Positions 36,249-46,705 are shown, counted from the first letter of the stretch. The stretch is DNA of 64,000 bases from Amphritea sp. (GCF_050300915.1 NZ_JBNKYN010000017.1:312-64311), one strand, 5' to 3'. The notes: a model not told the origin generated them from the letters alone. Program-made: numbers and translations.

Positions 36249-37072
36249 GCCTGCCCCTAGTTATCTCTGCTCAGCAGCTATTTAACCAGCTAACGCACGA
36301 TGATGCGCCCAACACAGAGCTGCTGATCGTTGACCTCTCCTCTGCAGAGCACTATCACGCAGCGCATATCCCTGGGGCCATCCATCTGGATCCGGCCAGA
36401 TTATTGCGCGGCCATGGCAATGTGCCCAACAAGATGCCTGAAGCAGATCAGCTCAGCGCCCTGCTAAGTGAGATCGGCCTGACCGCAGATAAACATGTTG
36501 TCGTCTACGATGATCAGATGGGGCCCTGGGCCGGACGGATGATCTGGACCCTGCACAGTATCGGCCACCAACGCTGCTCGTTTCTTAACGGCCATCTGCC
36601 AGCCTGGGTTAACGCAGGCTTCGCCACCGAAACAGCGATAAATACGGCCCAACCCAGCCACTATCCGGTAGTACTGAAGCCCGATTATCTCGCAGATATA
36701 CCCTACATCACCGACCACCTTGAAGATCCCGGCCATATCGTGCTGGATGTCCGCTCGTTGCAAGAATACACCGGTGAAAAAGTCATTAACGCGAAACGGG
36801 GTGGGCATATCCCCGGCGCGGTCAACTATGAGTGGACCCGCGCGCTGGTGTCTGCTGAAACCCCGCAACTGCGCCCCGCCGGGGAGATAATGGCCGAGCT
36901 GGCAGCCCTTGGCGTTACCCCGGATAAAACCGTGATAACCCACTGCCAGACCCACCGCCGTTCAGGACTAAGCTATCTGTTCACAAAACACCTTGGGTTC
37001 GACAAGGTACGCTGCTACGATGGCTCCTGGTTTGAGTGGGGCAATCAGGAAGACACCCCAATAGAATCCTGA
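36245..37072 (+). CDS. rhdA: Rhodanese/thiosulfate sulfurtransferase (tandem domains)
   Basis: HIPGA repeats, active-site loop HCQTHRRS, YDGSWFEWG. Confidence 0.88.
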   Translation: MSLPLVISAQQLFNQLTHDDAPNTELLIVDLSSAEHYHAAHIPGAIHLDPARLLRGHGNVPNKMPEADQLSALLSEIGLTADKHVVVYDDQMGPWAGRMIWTLHSIGHQRCSFLNGHLPAWVNAGFATETAINTAQPSHYPVVLKPDYLADIPYITDHLEDPGHIVLDVRSLQEYTGEKVINAKRGGHIPGAVNYEWTRALVSAETPQLRPAGEIMAELAALGVTPDKTVITHCQTHRRSGLSYLFTKHLGFDKVRCYDGSWFEWGNQEDTPIES

Positions 37073-37163
37073 GCCTTAGGCCAGCACAACCGTGACAAAC
37101 CCGTTTCAGAACACTTATTAATAAAACTCTATTTTTATCGGACGATATTTCGGAAACCAGACT

Positions 37164-38009
37164 GTGAAAGATTCCCTGTTTATTCTGCTGCAACACCTTT
37201 TGCCTCAACATCTGCTGTCACGGGCGGTAGGTTATCTGGCTGAAAGCCGCTGCAACTGGATCAAGCGCCCTTTTATTAAGCTATTTGCCAAACAATACCG
37301 GGTAAATATGTCCGAAGCACTGATCGAAGACCTGGATCAGTTTGACAACTTTAACGCCTTCTTCACCCGCGCACTGAAACCCGGCATGCGCCCGCTGGAT
37401 GACGCCGCAGTGGTATCCCCCGCCGACGGCGCGATCAGTCAGATCGGTGCAATCGAATATGGCCGTATTCTGCAGGCAAAAGGCCGCGGTTACGGACTCA
37501 GCACCCTGCTAGGCGGGCACGCTGACCTGGCGGAGCAGTTTATCCACGGCCACTTTGCCACCATCTACCTCTCACCCAGCGATTACCACCGGGTACATAT
37601 GCCGGTCACCGGCACCCTGCGGGAAAGTATCTATGTGCCCGGAGACCTGTATTCAGTCAACCAAACCACCGCTAAAGGGGTCGACAACCTGTTCGCCCGC
37701 AATGAACGACTGGTGGCAATATTTGATACCGAGCTGGGACCGATGGCGATGATACTGGTCGGGGCGATGATCGTCGCCGGAATTGAAACGGTATGGGGCG
37801 GTCAGGTCGCCCCGGTAAAGAAAAACAGCTGGCGTATCGACCATCAAAAACCGGTTGAGCCCGTTATACTGCAACAGGGTGAGGAGATGGGGCGTTTTAA
37901 GCTGGGCTCTACCGTTATTCTGCTGTTTGGCAAAGACGCAATAGAGTGGTCAGAAACACTGAAAGCGGACGATCCGGTTCGCCTGGGACAGGCGATAAGC
38001 GGCTCGTGA
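37164..38009 (+). CDS. psd: Phosphatidylserine decarboxylase proenzyme
   Basis: FNAFFTR, SPADG, YLSPSDYHRVHMP, LGST self-cleavage motif. Confidence 0.96.
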   Translation: MKDSLFILLQHLLPQHLLSRAVGYLAESRCNWIKRPFIKLFAKQYRVNMSEALIEDLDQFDNFNAFFTRALKPGMRPLDDAAVVSPADGAISQIGAIEYGRILQAKGRGYGLSTLLGGHADLAEQFIHGHFATIYLSPSDYHRVHMPVTGTLRESIYVPGDLYSVNQTTAKGVDNLFARNERLVAIFDTELGPMAMILVGAMIVAGIETVWGGQVAPVKKNSWRIDHQKPVEPVILQQGEEMGRFKLGSTVILLFGKDAIEWSETLKADDPVRLGQAISGS

Positions 38010-38021
38010 ACAAGCCGTTCA

Positions 38022-38112
38022 AGAACGTCACTGCGTGACTCGCTAGACGCGGCTTCGCCGCTTGCTGGTGGCTAGAAAAAGATTAAACAAGCCACTATAG
38101 GTTAGCAAGCGC
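38022..38112 (+). repeat. CTAG-linked mini-hairpin repeat, forward arm plus truncated reverse arm
   Basis: GTCAC-TGC-GTGAC and GCGGC-TTC-GCCGC hairpins, TGGCTAG-AAAAAG; about 53 bp nearly identical to 61261-61313. Confidence 0.85.
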
Positions 38113-38148
38113 TTACATACACAAACTTACACTTTTTCAGGTTATATT

Positions 38149-39189
38149 ATGAGCTGGTTAGAAACGCTTAATGCGCTGGGTGTTCAGGTTGATGAGCGGG
38201 GAAACTACCAGGTTTCAGCCGCAAAGAACAGCGATGCGACAGTCACGATCACCCCGCTGACCCATCTGGGTCTGTTTGATGTGATCGGGCCGGATGCGGA
38301 GAAATTTCTTCAGGGTCAACTCTCCTGTGATGTAAAAAAAGTCAGCGCGGGTAAAAGCCTGCTGGGTTCGCACTGCAATATCAAAGGCAGTATGGTTAGC
38401 CTGAGCCGGTTGATGCCGGTTGCAGGTGGCTTCTGGCTACGCACCGAGCGGTCGATTCTGGACACCGCGATGGCCAATCTGAAAAAGTATATGATCTTCT
38501 CCAAAGCACAGAGCCAGGACCGCTCAGATGAGATCGTTGGCCTGGGAATCAGTGGTGCACAGGCCAGCGCGCTGCTCTCTGCTCAGGGGTTGAGCATCCC
38601 CGCCGCAAACGACGATACGACCCCTGCTAAAGGTGGCGTGCTAATCAGGGTGCCGGGAGATCGGTTTGAGTTGTGGCTGCCAGCAACCGAGGCAGGCCCC
38701 CTGTTAACCTCGCTATTAACAGCGGCATCACTGACAGATACCGACAGCTGGAAGCTGGCAGAGATTCGCAGCGGTATCCCCTCGTTGCAGACAGAAACCC
38801 TGGAAACCTTTATCCCCCAGATGACCAATCTGCAGGTCTTTGAAGGTGTCAGCTTCTCCAAGGGCTGCTATACCGGCCAGGAAGTTGTCACCCGCCTGCA
38901 ACACCGGGGCAAGCTCAACCGGCCGATGTACCGACTGGCGTTTACCGCGGATCAGGCTCCCGCCGCCGGGACGGCAATCAATACACCAGACCGTGCTGGC
39001 GTCGGCACCGTGGTCAGCGCAGCAATGAGCACAGACAATGGAGGCGAACTGCTGGCGGTGATTCTGAAAAGCAGCGTTGATGATGACAGTGTCATACTGA
39101 CGCTGGAGAACAACGAACAGCCACTGGAACGACTGGACCTGCCCTATGAGCTCGACCCTGAGCTTTTTGAGCGGCCCCAGCGACTTTGA
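38149..39189 (+). CDS. ygfZ: Folate-binding tRNA-modifying/Fe-S repair protein YgfZ
   Basis: FLQGQLSCD and KGCYTGQE signature. Confidence 0.93.
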   Translation: MSWLETLNALGVQVDERGNYQVSAAKNSDATVTITPLTHLGLFDVIGPDAEKFLQGQLSCDVKKVSAGKSLLGSHCNIKGSMVSLSRLMPVAGGFWLRTERSILDTAMANLKKYMIFSKAQSQDRSDEIVGLGISGAQASALLSAQGLSIPAANDDTTPAKGGVLIRVPGDRFELWLPATEAGPLLTSLLTAASLTDTDSWKLAEIRSGIPSLQTETLETFIPQMTNLQVFEGVSFSKGCYTGQEVVTRLQHRGKLNRPMYRLAFTADQAPAAGTAINTPDRAGVGTVVSAAMSTDNGGELLAVILKSSVDDDSVILTLENNEQPLERLDLPYELDPELFERPQRL

Positions 39190-39327
39190 GCGGCAACACC
39201 AGTGGACAAACCCCGACAACCTGCCGGGCAGAGATCATCTTTATGCAGAAAATGTTTGCCGCCCCATTTTTTCCAACTGAAGACCTGATTATACTACGCT
39301 TACATTTTTATCCTGGAACAACAGATC

Positions 39328-39894
39328 ATGCCAAAAGCTAGCGAAATAAAAAGAAATGCCGCCATCGAAATTAACGGCGAAGCCTATATTGTTAGGGATA
39401 TCGAGCGCTCGGTTCCTCAGGGGCGTGCCGGAGGCAGTCTCTATCGTATGCGGATGTACAATGTTGCCACCAATGCCAAGATAGATGAGACCTTTAAAGA
39501 TTCAGATATGCTGACGCTGGCTGATCTGAGCCGTCGCGCGGCCACCTTCTCTTACGCTGACGGCGATGAGTATGTCTTTATGGACAGTGAAGATTACACC
39601 TCCTACAGCATGAACAGATCAGCGATTGAAGATGAGTTGCTGTTCATTACCGAAGATCTGCAGGGGATGCATGTGATGGTACTGAACGATGTACCCGTGG
39701 CCCTGGACCTACCTGGCATTGTCGAGCTTGAAATCATCGAAACCGACCCATCAATTAAAGGTGGTTCTGCTACGGCCCGCACCAAGCCAGCGAAACTGTC
39801 TACCGGACTGGTAGTGCAGGTACCGGAACATATCTCCACCGGCGACCGCATCAAGGTTAATGTCGAAGAGCGTAAATTTACCGGCCGCGCCTGA
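39328..39894 (+). CDS. yeiP: Elongation factor P-like protein (EfpL/YeiP)
   Basis: EF-P fold ([12 protein letters not shown]); loop PQGRAGG has Arg rather than the PGKG Lys. Confidence 0.85.
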   Translation: MPKASEIKRNAAIEINGEAYIVRDIERSVPQGRAGGSLYRMRMYNVATNAKIDETFKDSDMLTLADLSRRAATFSYADGDEYVFMDSEDYTSYSMNRSAIEDELLFITEDLQGMHVMVLNDVPVALDLPGIVELEIIETDPSIKGGSATARTKPAKLSTGLVVQVPEHISTGDRIKVNVEERKFTGRA

Positions 39895-39911
39895 TCACAT
39901 AATGCATTAAT

Positions 39912-39941
39912 AAAAAACCGCCGAATCAGGCGGTTTTTTTC
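39912..39941 (+). terminator. Intrinsic terminator after yeiP
   Basis: AAAAAACCGCCGAATCAGGCGGTTTTTTT. Confidence 0.8.
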
Positions 39942-40045
39942 TATTGAGTAGCCCCCTGGATTTTACCTTTTCTGCAAATACAGCGTTGCACTTTCCTATA
40001 GGCCTTTCGATTGCAGAGGTGAGCAAAACAGCCTTAACAGGCTGG

Positions 40046-40072
40046 TTCTAGCAAGACTAGCAAGTTTCTAAC
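40046..40072 (-). repeat. Degenerate reverse arm of the CTAG repeat family
   Basis: TTCTAGCAAGACTAGCAAGTTTCTAAC; overlaps the stop codon of the 184-aa ORF. Confidence 0.5.
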
Positions 40073-40622
40073 TCCTTCCCAGTTTACGCCTGAGGCGCAT
40101 ACTGGGCCCAACCTGAGCTTCCGGGTGAGGTGTTTGCAAAATAACCAGCTCGCCATCGACAAAGTCCTGCTCCATCCCCAGCATAATCGCCGAAGCGTTA
40201 TCCAGATGCAGCACCAGCAACGCATCATAGTTCAGGGATTCTGAGGGAATATTCAGTTCTGCTGCGACAATGTCGATCAGTTCCCGCTGCTCATAGAGAT
40301 CAATAGAGGAGACCCTGGCAGCCGCAGGCAGACTGATCCAGCTGCACTGTTCAGGGCGTGGGACAACCGCGTCAACCTCCTTAACCACCAGACTGCCGAC
40401 AGTAAAACCATCGGCAAACGGGTGCCGCTCAACGCTCACCTCAATCCACTGTTCATCGCTCAACCGGAATCGCAACCAGCAGGCGCGGTTCATATCCTGC
40501 CCCAGACAGGTATGCAAGCCACCCGCCCAGATCTCATCCAGACGCAGATCCAGTAACTGGGAAAGAGTCTCCAGGGCATCTGTATCCAGATGGAATACTT
40601 TCAAACGAACCGTCTCAGGCAT
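40068..40622 (-). CDS. Hypothetical protein (184 aa), no family recognised
   Basis: Open ORF; minus strand has GGAG 7 nt before the ATG (GAAAGGAGACTCCCTATG); not overlapped by other credible genes. Confidence 0.7.
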   Translation of the reverse strand: MPETVRLKVFHLDTDALETLSQLLDLRLDEIWAGGLHTCLGQDMNRACWLRFRLSDEQWIEVSVERHPFADGFTVGSLVVKEVDAVVPRPEQCSWISLPAAARVSSIDLYEQRELIDIVAAELNIPSESLNYDALLVLHLDNASAIMLGMEQDFVDGELVILQTPHPEAQVGPSMRLRRKLGRS

Positions 40623-40650
40623 AGGGAGTCTCCTTTCAGTCGACAGACAA

Positions 40651-40695
40651 ACTTCGCCGCTGGCTAGTGGCTAGTGGCTAGTGGCTAGAAAAAGC
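40651..40695 (+). repeat. CTAG repeat family: (TGGCTAG)x4 heptamer run ending in GCTAGAAAAAGC
   Basis: ACTTCGCCGC-TGGCTAG TGGCTAG TGGCTAG TGGCTAG-AAAAAGC. Confidence 0.85.
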
Positions 40696-40785
40696 GTAAC
40701 ACAATCAGCAGTTTACTGTATCCGTTTTTTAAAGTTCCTGATCTTCCCAGCCACCAACAGGCAAAAAGCGCCGTCCGGTCTGGCT

Positions 40786-41565
40786 TCACCAAGATGCCCC
40801 CCTTTCAGCAATCATCTTTCGCACCATTGCATCGTAAAATTTGACTGCAAAGCCACTTTCCGAGATCAACTGCTGAGTCAAGCTCGCACACCGGGACTTA
40901 ACCTCATCCAAAAGCAGATTATCTTCGCCACCAAGAGCACCAGCAGCCAACTGAATTTCTGCCGCACGCTGTACCGTCCAGAGCAAGAAAAAGGTTCGCT
41001 CAATATCCGCTTCGCCTACCGCAACACCATGGTTTCGAAGCACTAAAATGTGCTTATCACCTAAGCTTTTGAGCATACGCTCCCGCTCTTCCCTGAATAA
41101 AGTAATACCCTCAAACTCATGGTAACCAACCCGGTTATATAGCTGCGCACCATAAAAATCATCATGCCCAAACCCCCTCACTTTCTGTGCTATGGCAGAA
41201 ACCTCATTGGTATGAGTATGCACTACACAGTGGATATCGCTACGCGCTCCGTGGATGGCGCTGTGCAGGGCAAAACCTGCCGGATTCGCGTCATATTCAG
41301 AAGGTTCAACCTTATTTCCTTCCAGGTCAACTTTAAGCAAATTTTGCGGCGAGACTTCTGTGTAGTTAAGACCAAAGGGATTAACTAAATAGCAGCCCTC
41401 CTCACCCGGAACACGAGCGGATATATGATTAAAGATGGTCTCTGTCCACCCAAAAAAATCTACCAAATGATAACAATATGCCAGCTTTACCCTTAGCTCC
41501 CATTCGCCAGCCGACATACCTTCCGGGCAAGCGAATCTGACATCCACATCATCAGTTTTATACAT
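40786..41565 (-). CDS. Class II aldolase/adducin family metalloprotein
   Basis: NHISARV, NPFG, LHSAIH, VVHTHT, LRNHG. Confidence 0.9.
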   Translation of the reverse strand: MYKTDDVDVRFACPEGMSAGEWELRVKLAYCYHLVDFFGWTETIFNHISARVPGEEGCYLVNPFGLNYTEVSPQNLLKVDLEGNKVEPSEYDANPAGFALHSAIHGARSDIHCVVHTHTNEVSAIAQKVRGFGHDDFYGAQLYNRVGYHEFEGITLFREERERMLKSLGDKHILVLRNHGVAVGEADIERTFFLLWTVQRAAEIQLAAGALGGEDNLLLDEVKSRCASLTQQLISESGFAVKFYDAMVRKMIAERGASW

Positions 41566-41588
41566 GGCATTACTTCCTAGATACAGAG

Positions 41589-42557
41589 TTAATCAGAAAA
41601 GCCGTTCCGGCCTGGAAAAGAAGGGGCAAGCTCTCGCGCATTGGGCATTTTCAGCCAGAGACGGACAAGCTTGCGGTATCGATCAGGCTCTTCATAATCC
41701 TCGAACCCGGTTCGAGAGTGAAGCACCATGTAATTGTTAGCAAACTGGATATCGCCCGGCTCCAGCATCATGTCGAGCTTAACCTCGTTGCGGTGCATGA
41801 TATCGTCAAACAGATCCATCGCTTCAATCTGCTTCTGACTCAAGGGCACGCCCTCAATATCGTGTCCAAGCTCAATATACTGGCGTAAGTAACGACAACT
41901 GAGCTTGCCTTTGTGATAACTGAAGATAGGCGACAACGTTGGTTTTTCATCACCCAGGTGAGCAAAATAAAACGGTTGATACAGCACATCCAGGAGGTCA
42001 GGCGCCTCATCCAGGATCGTATTATAGATAGTTGCCGCACTGACCAGGCTGCTCATCCCTCCCTCCCTGGCTTTTTTAATCGACAACAACCCTACCACAT
42101 CGGACAGGTCTGTGTGGTAAGGCAGATAGGCGTTGGTCTCATAAACCCGGGTATTCTTGTCGTTAAGATCACCGACATTGATCACCATACCGAGCAGGTC
42201 GCCTTTAGGATTCTGCTTCACAGCCTGGCCAAGATGTAAGCCCAGACCGTAATAGATAGACTGTAGCTCACTCTCATCATAGCGATCCGCATTTAGCCCT
42301 CTTATCAGGATAAACCCCCGCCCCTCTTCTAACTCATCCAGAATGCGCTCAATGCCTTCCTGCATTTCAGCAATGGGGAAGTCACTTTTTTCAAACATCG
42401 GCGCCTTAATGCCCTGATCATTCAGGTGCTTCAGCGCCAGATCAAGCACCTCCTGCTCCTTTTCTGAAAGCAAATAGACCCACGACAGGTTCGATTTAAG
42501 GCTATCCCCATCCCAGGCAGCTTGCCCATTAATTTTCTGCCCATAACGATTAATCAT
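41589..42557 (-). CDS. TauD/TfdA family Fe(II)/2-oxoglutarate dioxygenase (clavaminate-synthase-like)
   Basis: HTD facial-triad motif (YHTDLSD), distal His in NNYMVLHSRTGF, RKLVRLW. Confidence 0.88.
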   Translation of the reverse strand: MINRYGQKINGQAAWDGDSLKSNLSWVYLLSEKEQEVLDLALKHLNDQGIKAPMFEKSDFPIAEMQEGIERILDELEEGRGFILIRGLNADRYDESELQSIYYGLGLHLGQAVKQNPKGDLLGMVINVGDLNDKNTRVYETNAYLPYHTDLSDVVGLLSIKKAREGGMSSLVSAATIYNTILDEAPDLLDVLYQPFYFAHLGDEKPTLSPIFSYHKGKLSCRYLRQYIELGHDIEGVPLSQKQIEAMDLFDDIMHRNEVKLDMMLEPGDIQFANNYMVLHSRTGFEDYEEPDRYRKLVRLWLKMPNARELAPSFPGRNGFSD

Positions 42558-42712
42558 AAAATACTCCTTCAGTATTCAAAATGCGGCGCATGACGCTCCT
42601 ACATACCGGCTTGAGTCCATGTAACAAAAGCCCACACCGACCAAACAACATGGGCTGGCATTAACCTGCTCCCATTGGAAAGTGAGAACTGACAAGCGAA
42701 CCATAATTAAAT

Positions 42713-42870
42713 ATAGTTTCACATGCAACTATTTTAGAAATACCTGAGAGTAGAATATCGACCTAAAAAGCAAAAAAATAAGGCAGCATGTCGATAAAAC
42801 CCACAAAAACAAGAAGGATTGCAAATTTATGCAAAACACCTATGAAATTTTATGTTTCATATAAAACATA
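42713..42870. promoter_or_regulatory. Two related 20-bp palindromes, candidate MarR operators
   Basis: ATAGTTTCACATGCAACTAT (42713-42732, 8/10 pairs) and TATGTTTCATATAAAACATA (42851-42870, 9/10 pairs) share GTTTCA-N-AT-NN-AAC; both lie in the divergent promoter region. Confidence 0.6.
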
Positions 42871-43069
42871 AAAGCTCTACACATAGTCAAATAGACGATC
42901 AATTGAATAGTCAAAAGACGCATCAAGAATATCGGCACCTACAGCTGCCCGCATAAACCCGCTAAAAGGAAGCTGTTCACGCTTTACTTAAAACGAATAA
43001 TCTTTATCCTAACGACTTGTACTCAATTACTATTGAGTTAATTAAAAACCGACTCAAGTATCATCGTAG

Positions 43070-43594
43070 ATGAAAGATAAATACCAAAGCCCACTTGATC
43101 TGGAACAGATGTTAGCGGCAAAGCTGACTCGCATCAGCAGCACTCTGGATCATTTCAGCAATTATTATTATTCCGAAGTTTTCCCAGAAACAAACCTGAA
43201 CGATGCACGTTATCTGCTTATCTTAGGAGCAAGAAAAGAAGCCTCTGCTGTAGATATCGTCAAAGCAATGAATTTTGACAAAGCAACCGCCAGCAGAAAT
43301 ATAAAAAAACTTATAAATCAGGGACTTATAATAAGAAAGACCGACCCATCTGACGCTCGTCGCAACCCCCTGACCCTGAGTAAAAAAGGCCAGGCGATCT
43401 ATGATGAAATCAGTCAGTCGCTCAGATTAAGAAATGAAGCCGCTTTAGCCTCTCTATCACCCGGCGAAGTAACAATATTCTTTGAAATACTCGATAAGCT
43501 ACAAGCAAGTGCAAATAATCGATTACAAAAAATGAATAGCGACAAGCAAGATCCCGCCATCGATTACACCACCTCCACGATAATGCAGCCTTAA
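43070..43594 (+). CDS. MarR family transcriptional regulator
   Basis: wHTH with DKATASRNIKKL...DPSDARR...LSKKG. Confidence 0.9.
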   Translation: MKDKYQSPLDLEQMLAAKLTRISSTLDHFSNYYYSEVFPETNLNDARYLLILGARKEASAVDIVKAMNFDKATASRNIKKLINQGLIIRKTDPSDARRNPLTLSKKGQAIYDEISQSLRLRNEAALASLSPGEVTIFFEILDKLQASANNRLQKMNSDKQDPAIDYTTSTIMQP

Positions 43595-43646
43595 CAAGCC
43601 GTAGTTCGAAGTGCAATAATTCAACTTAACGTAACGCCCTATTACC

Positions 43647-43720
43647 GCTCTTTCTAGCCGTGAAAAGCCACCAGCAGGCGCGCAGCGCTGTTCTGACAAG
43701 CGACGAAATCGCGTCTAGCT
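43647..43720 (-). repeat. CTAG repeat family, reverse arm
   Basis: Minus strand reads GCTAG-ACGCGATTTCGTCGCTTG...GCGC-TGC-GCGC...GGCTAGAAAGAGC; starts in the ung stop codon. Confidence 0.75.
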
Positions 43721-44422
43721 GCTAATGTCCCCCGGGAGCTGCCAGTCAACCGGGCGACGACCATGAGCCGCAAGATACCCATTCGCCTGACTAAAATGTT
43801 TGCAGCCAAAGAAGCCGCGGTAAGCGGCCAGCGGCGAAGGGTGAGCAGATTTCAACACCAGATGACGCTGCGGATCGATGACGGCGCCTTTTTTCTGCGC
43901 ATAGCTACCCCACAGCAGAAAGACCACATGTTCACACTGTTCATTCACGGTAGCGATCACCCGGTCGGTAAACTGCTCCCAGCCCCGTCCCTGATGGGAG
44001 GCCGCCTGTGAATCCTCAACCGTGAGCACAGCATTCAGCAGCAACACCCCCTGCTTTGCCCAGCTTTCCAGATAACCATGATTTACCGGTGTAACGCCCA
44101 GATCACTTTGCAACTCTTTATAGATATTCACCAGCGAGGGGGGTGTTTTGATACCCGGACGTACCGAAAAACAGAGTCCATGGGCCTGATCCGGCTGATG
44201 GTAGGGGTCCTGCCCGATAATCACTACTTTCACCTCATCCAGAGGCGTTGCCTCCAGGGCATGAAACCAGTGACTTGAATGGGGATAGATAATTTTTTTA
44301 GCCGCTTTCTCCTGCTGTAAAAACTGTTTCAGCTGTTGCATATAGGGGGCATCAAACTCAGCATTTAACCAGGGTTGCCAGCTGGGGGCATTTTCCAGTG
44401 CCATCACACAATCCTCACTCAT
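43715..44422 (-). CDS. ung: Uracil-DNA glycosylase
   Basis: GQDPYH, HGLCFSV, GVLLLN, HPSPL. Confidence 0.97.
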   Translation of the reverse strand: MSEDCVMALENAPSWQPWLNAEFDAPYMQQLKQFLQQEKAAKKIIYPHSSHWFHALEATPLDEVKVVIIGQDPYHQPDQAHGLCFSVRPGIKTPPSLVNIYKELQSDLGVTPVNHGYLESWAKQGVLLLNAVLTVEDSQAASHQGRGWEQFTDRVIATVNEQCEHVVFLLWGSYAQKKGAVIDPQRHLVLKSAHPSPLAAYRGFFGCKHFSQANGYLAAHGRRPVDWQLPGDISS

Positions 44423-44872
44423 TCAGTTATCACCACAGTCACGAATTTTTATATTAACCTGACCCTGCCATATTTCGCGAGTCAGGGTTTTACCATAGAT
44501 AACCGAGTAATAACGTACTTTACCCGGCGCATGGGAGATGACTCCAGAGATCAGGATGACCAGAATGTAGATCCAGGCCTGGGGCTGGGAAAACCAGTAA
44601 ATACCGGTCACCAACAATATCAATTTGAACAACACCAGCTGGCCACGCAACTGATACAGCCAGATAGCATCAACGTACAGCTCCTTTAGCACCATCAGTA
44701 TGCCGCTACCAACACCAACAATCAGGTAGGGCAACCAGACCGTCTGCGGCTGATGAAACAGATAGGCACCACCCAGCCCGGCAATTCCCACCAGATGTAA
44801 TGAGCGCAGTATAATGCTGATCCAGCGTTTACCGGGCAGATGGCGTTTCTGTTGCGGTATTAACCAGCTCAT
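44423..44872 (-). CDS. Conserved hypothetical inner membrane protein (about 4 TM)
   Basis: Hydrophobic helices, RSLHL and SHAPGKVRYYS motifs; start placed at ATG 44872. Confidence 0.72.
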   Translation of the reverse strand: MSWLIPQQKRHLPGKRWISIILRSLHLVGIAGLGGAYLFHQPQTVWLPYLIVGVGSGILMVLKELYVDAIWLYQLRGQLVLFKLILLVTGIYWFSQPQAWIYILVILISGVISHAPGKVRYYSVIYGKTLTREIWQGQVNIKIRDCGDN

Positions 44873-44974
44873 ACAGATATTCCTGAAGGCATATTCCTGA
44901 CGACAAATTCCTGAAGAAAAAAGGGCCACCCGTGGGCAGCCCTTATAGATTAACCGGTTCGGTTCAAAGACGCA

Positions 44975-46477
44975 TCAGCCGCGGGGACGCATCGCCGGGA
45001 ACAGGATAACATCACGAATCGATGCAGAGTCGGTGAACAACATCACCAGGCGGTCGATACCGATACCTTCACCTGCGGTTGGCGGCAAACCATATTCCAG
45101 GGCGTTGATGTAGTCGGCATCGTAGTGCATCGCTTCATCATCACCGGCATCTTTTTCAGCCACCTGTGCCTGGAAACGTTCCGCCTGATCTTCAGAGTCA
45201 TTCAACTCGGAGAAACCATTGGCCAGCTCGCGGCCAGCAACAAAGAACTCAAAGCGATCGGTCACAAACGGATTGGCATCGCTACGACGAGCCAGCGGTG
45301 ATACCTCAGTCGGATACTCAGTGATAAAGGTTGGTTGCTGCAGACGGTGCTCAACGGTCATTTCGAAAATCTCGATCTGCACCTTACCCAAGCCCCAGCT
45401 GTCCTTCACATCGATATCCATACGCTCAGCAATCTGCCGGGCAGCATGGTCATCCGCCAGGGCTTCTGCGGTGATATCCGGGTTATAGTGGAGGATAGAA
45501 TCAAATACGCTGAGACGGGTAAACGGCTTCTCAAGATCGTATTCAAAGGTTTCCAGAATCTCGCCATCTTCGTTGCGCACAGTGTTGACGATGGTCGTGG
45601 TGCCCAGTACGTTCTGCGCCACGGTGCGCAGCATCTCTTCGGTCAGGTCCATCAGATCATGGTAGTCCGCATACGCCTGATAGAACTCAATCATAGTGAA
45701 TTCAGGGTTGTGACGGGTCGACAGACCTTCGTTACGGAAGTTACGGTTGATCTCAAACACCCGCTCAAAACCACCGACAACCAAACGCTTCAGATACAGC
45801 TCCGGCGCGATCCGCAAAAACATATCCCGGTCCAGCGCATTGTGATGGGTAATAAACGGACGTGCACTCGCACCGCCAGGAATCACTTGCAGCATCGGCG
45901 TTTCCGCTTCGATAAAACGTTTTTCCGTGAGGAAGTTACGAATACCGGCTACGATTTTCGAGCGGGTTTCAAATACTTTGCGTGAGTGTTCGTTGGTAAT
46001 CAGATCAACATAGCGCTGACGATAGCGCATCTCAGTATCCTGCAGACCTTTGTGCTTATCCGGCAGTGGCCGCAGGTTTTTAGTCAGCAACTGATACTCA
46101 CCCAGGTCAACGTACAGGTCGCCTTTACCCGACTTATGCAGCACACCGGTCACACCGATGATATCACCCAGATCGAGCGACTTGGCAAACGCGCGTGCTT
46201 CTTTATTGACATAAAACTGAATCCGCCCGGTCATATCCTGCAGTACACCAAAGGCACCACGGTTGAGCATCACCCGGCCCGCAATACTGACGGTAATGCC
46301 CTCTTCCGCAATCTCCTCCTTCGATTTATTGCCATGCTGATCCTGCAGATCCTGAGCATAACTGTCACGACGGAAAGTGTTTGGGAAAGCGTTACCCGCT
46401 TCGCGCAGCGTGTTGAGTTTTTCACGACGCTCCGCAATCAGGCGGTTTTCATCTTGCGGCTGAATAGTTTCAGACAT
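44975..46477 (-). CDS. lysS: Lysine--tRNA ligase (class II)
   Basis: [39 protein letters not shown]. Confidence 0.98.
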   Translation of the reverse strand: MSETIQPQDENRLIAERREKLNTLREAGNAFPNTFRRDSYAQDLQDQHGNKSKEEIAEEGITVSIAGRVMLNRGAFGVLQDMTGRIQFYVNKEARAFAKSLDLGDIIGVTGVLHKSGKGDLYVDLGEYQLLTKNLRPLPDKHKGLQDTEMRYRQRYVDLITNEHSRKVFETRSKIVAGIRNFLTEKRFIEAETPMLQVIPGGASARPFITHHNALDRDMFLRIAPELYLKRLVVGGFERVFEINRNFRNEGLSTRHNPEFTMIEFYQAYADYHDLMDLTEEMLRTVAQNVLGTTTIVNTVRNEDGEILETFEYDLEKPFTRLSVFDSILHYNPDITAEALADDHAARQIAERMDIDVKDSWGLGKVQIEIFEMTVEHRLQQPTFITEYPTEVSPLARRSDANPFVTDRFEFFVAGRELANGFSELNDSEDQAERFQAQVAEKDAGDDEAMHYDADYINALEYGLPPTAGEGIGIDRLVMLFTDSASIRDVILFPAMRPRG

Positions 46478-46609
46478 TTTATGTGCAACCTTTAATGGTT
46501 AAATCTTTAATTCCAGAGATCGCTAAATCACAATCTCTTCATATTTGCTAAATCGCTTAAGCGTTACGCCAGCGAGCGCAGCCACTTAAACGCGGTGAAA
46601 GCGTTATAA

Positions 46610-46705
46610 GCGCAGGGCTGACAAGGCAAAAACATGCGAAACAGCGGAGCCTACGACTGCAGGTGAGCATGTTGAGCGCGTTTTTAACGCCGTCAGCACA
46701 AGCGC
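46610..46705. repeat. About 96-bp nested imperfect inverted repeat (MITE/REP-like intergenic element) between prfB and lysS
   Basis: Paired arms GCGC/GCTGAC/GGC/AAAAAC versus GTTTTT/GCC/GTCAGC/GCGC; single copy in this window. Confidence 0.5.
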
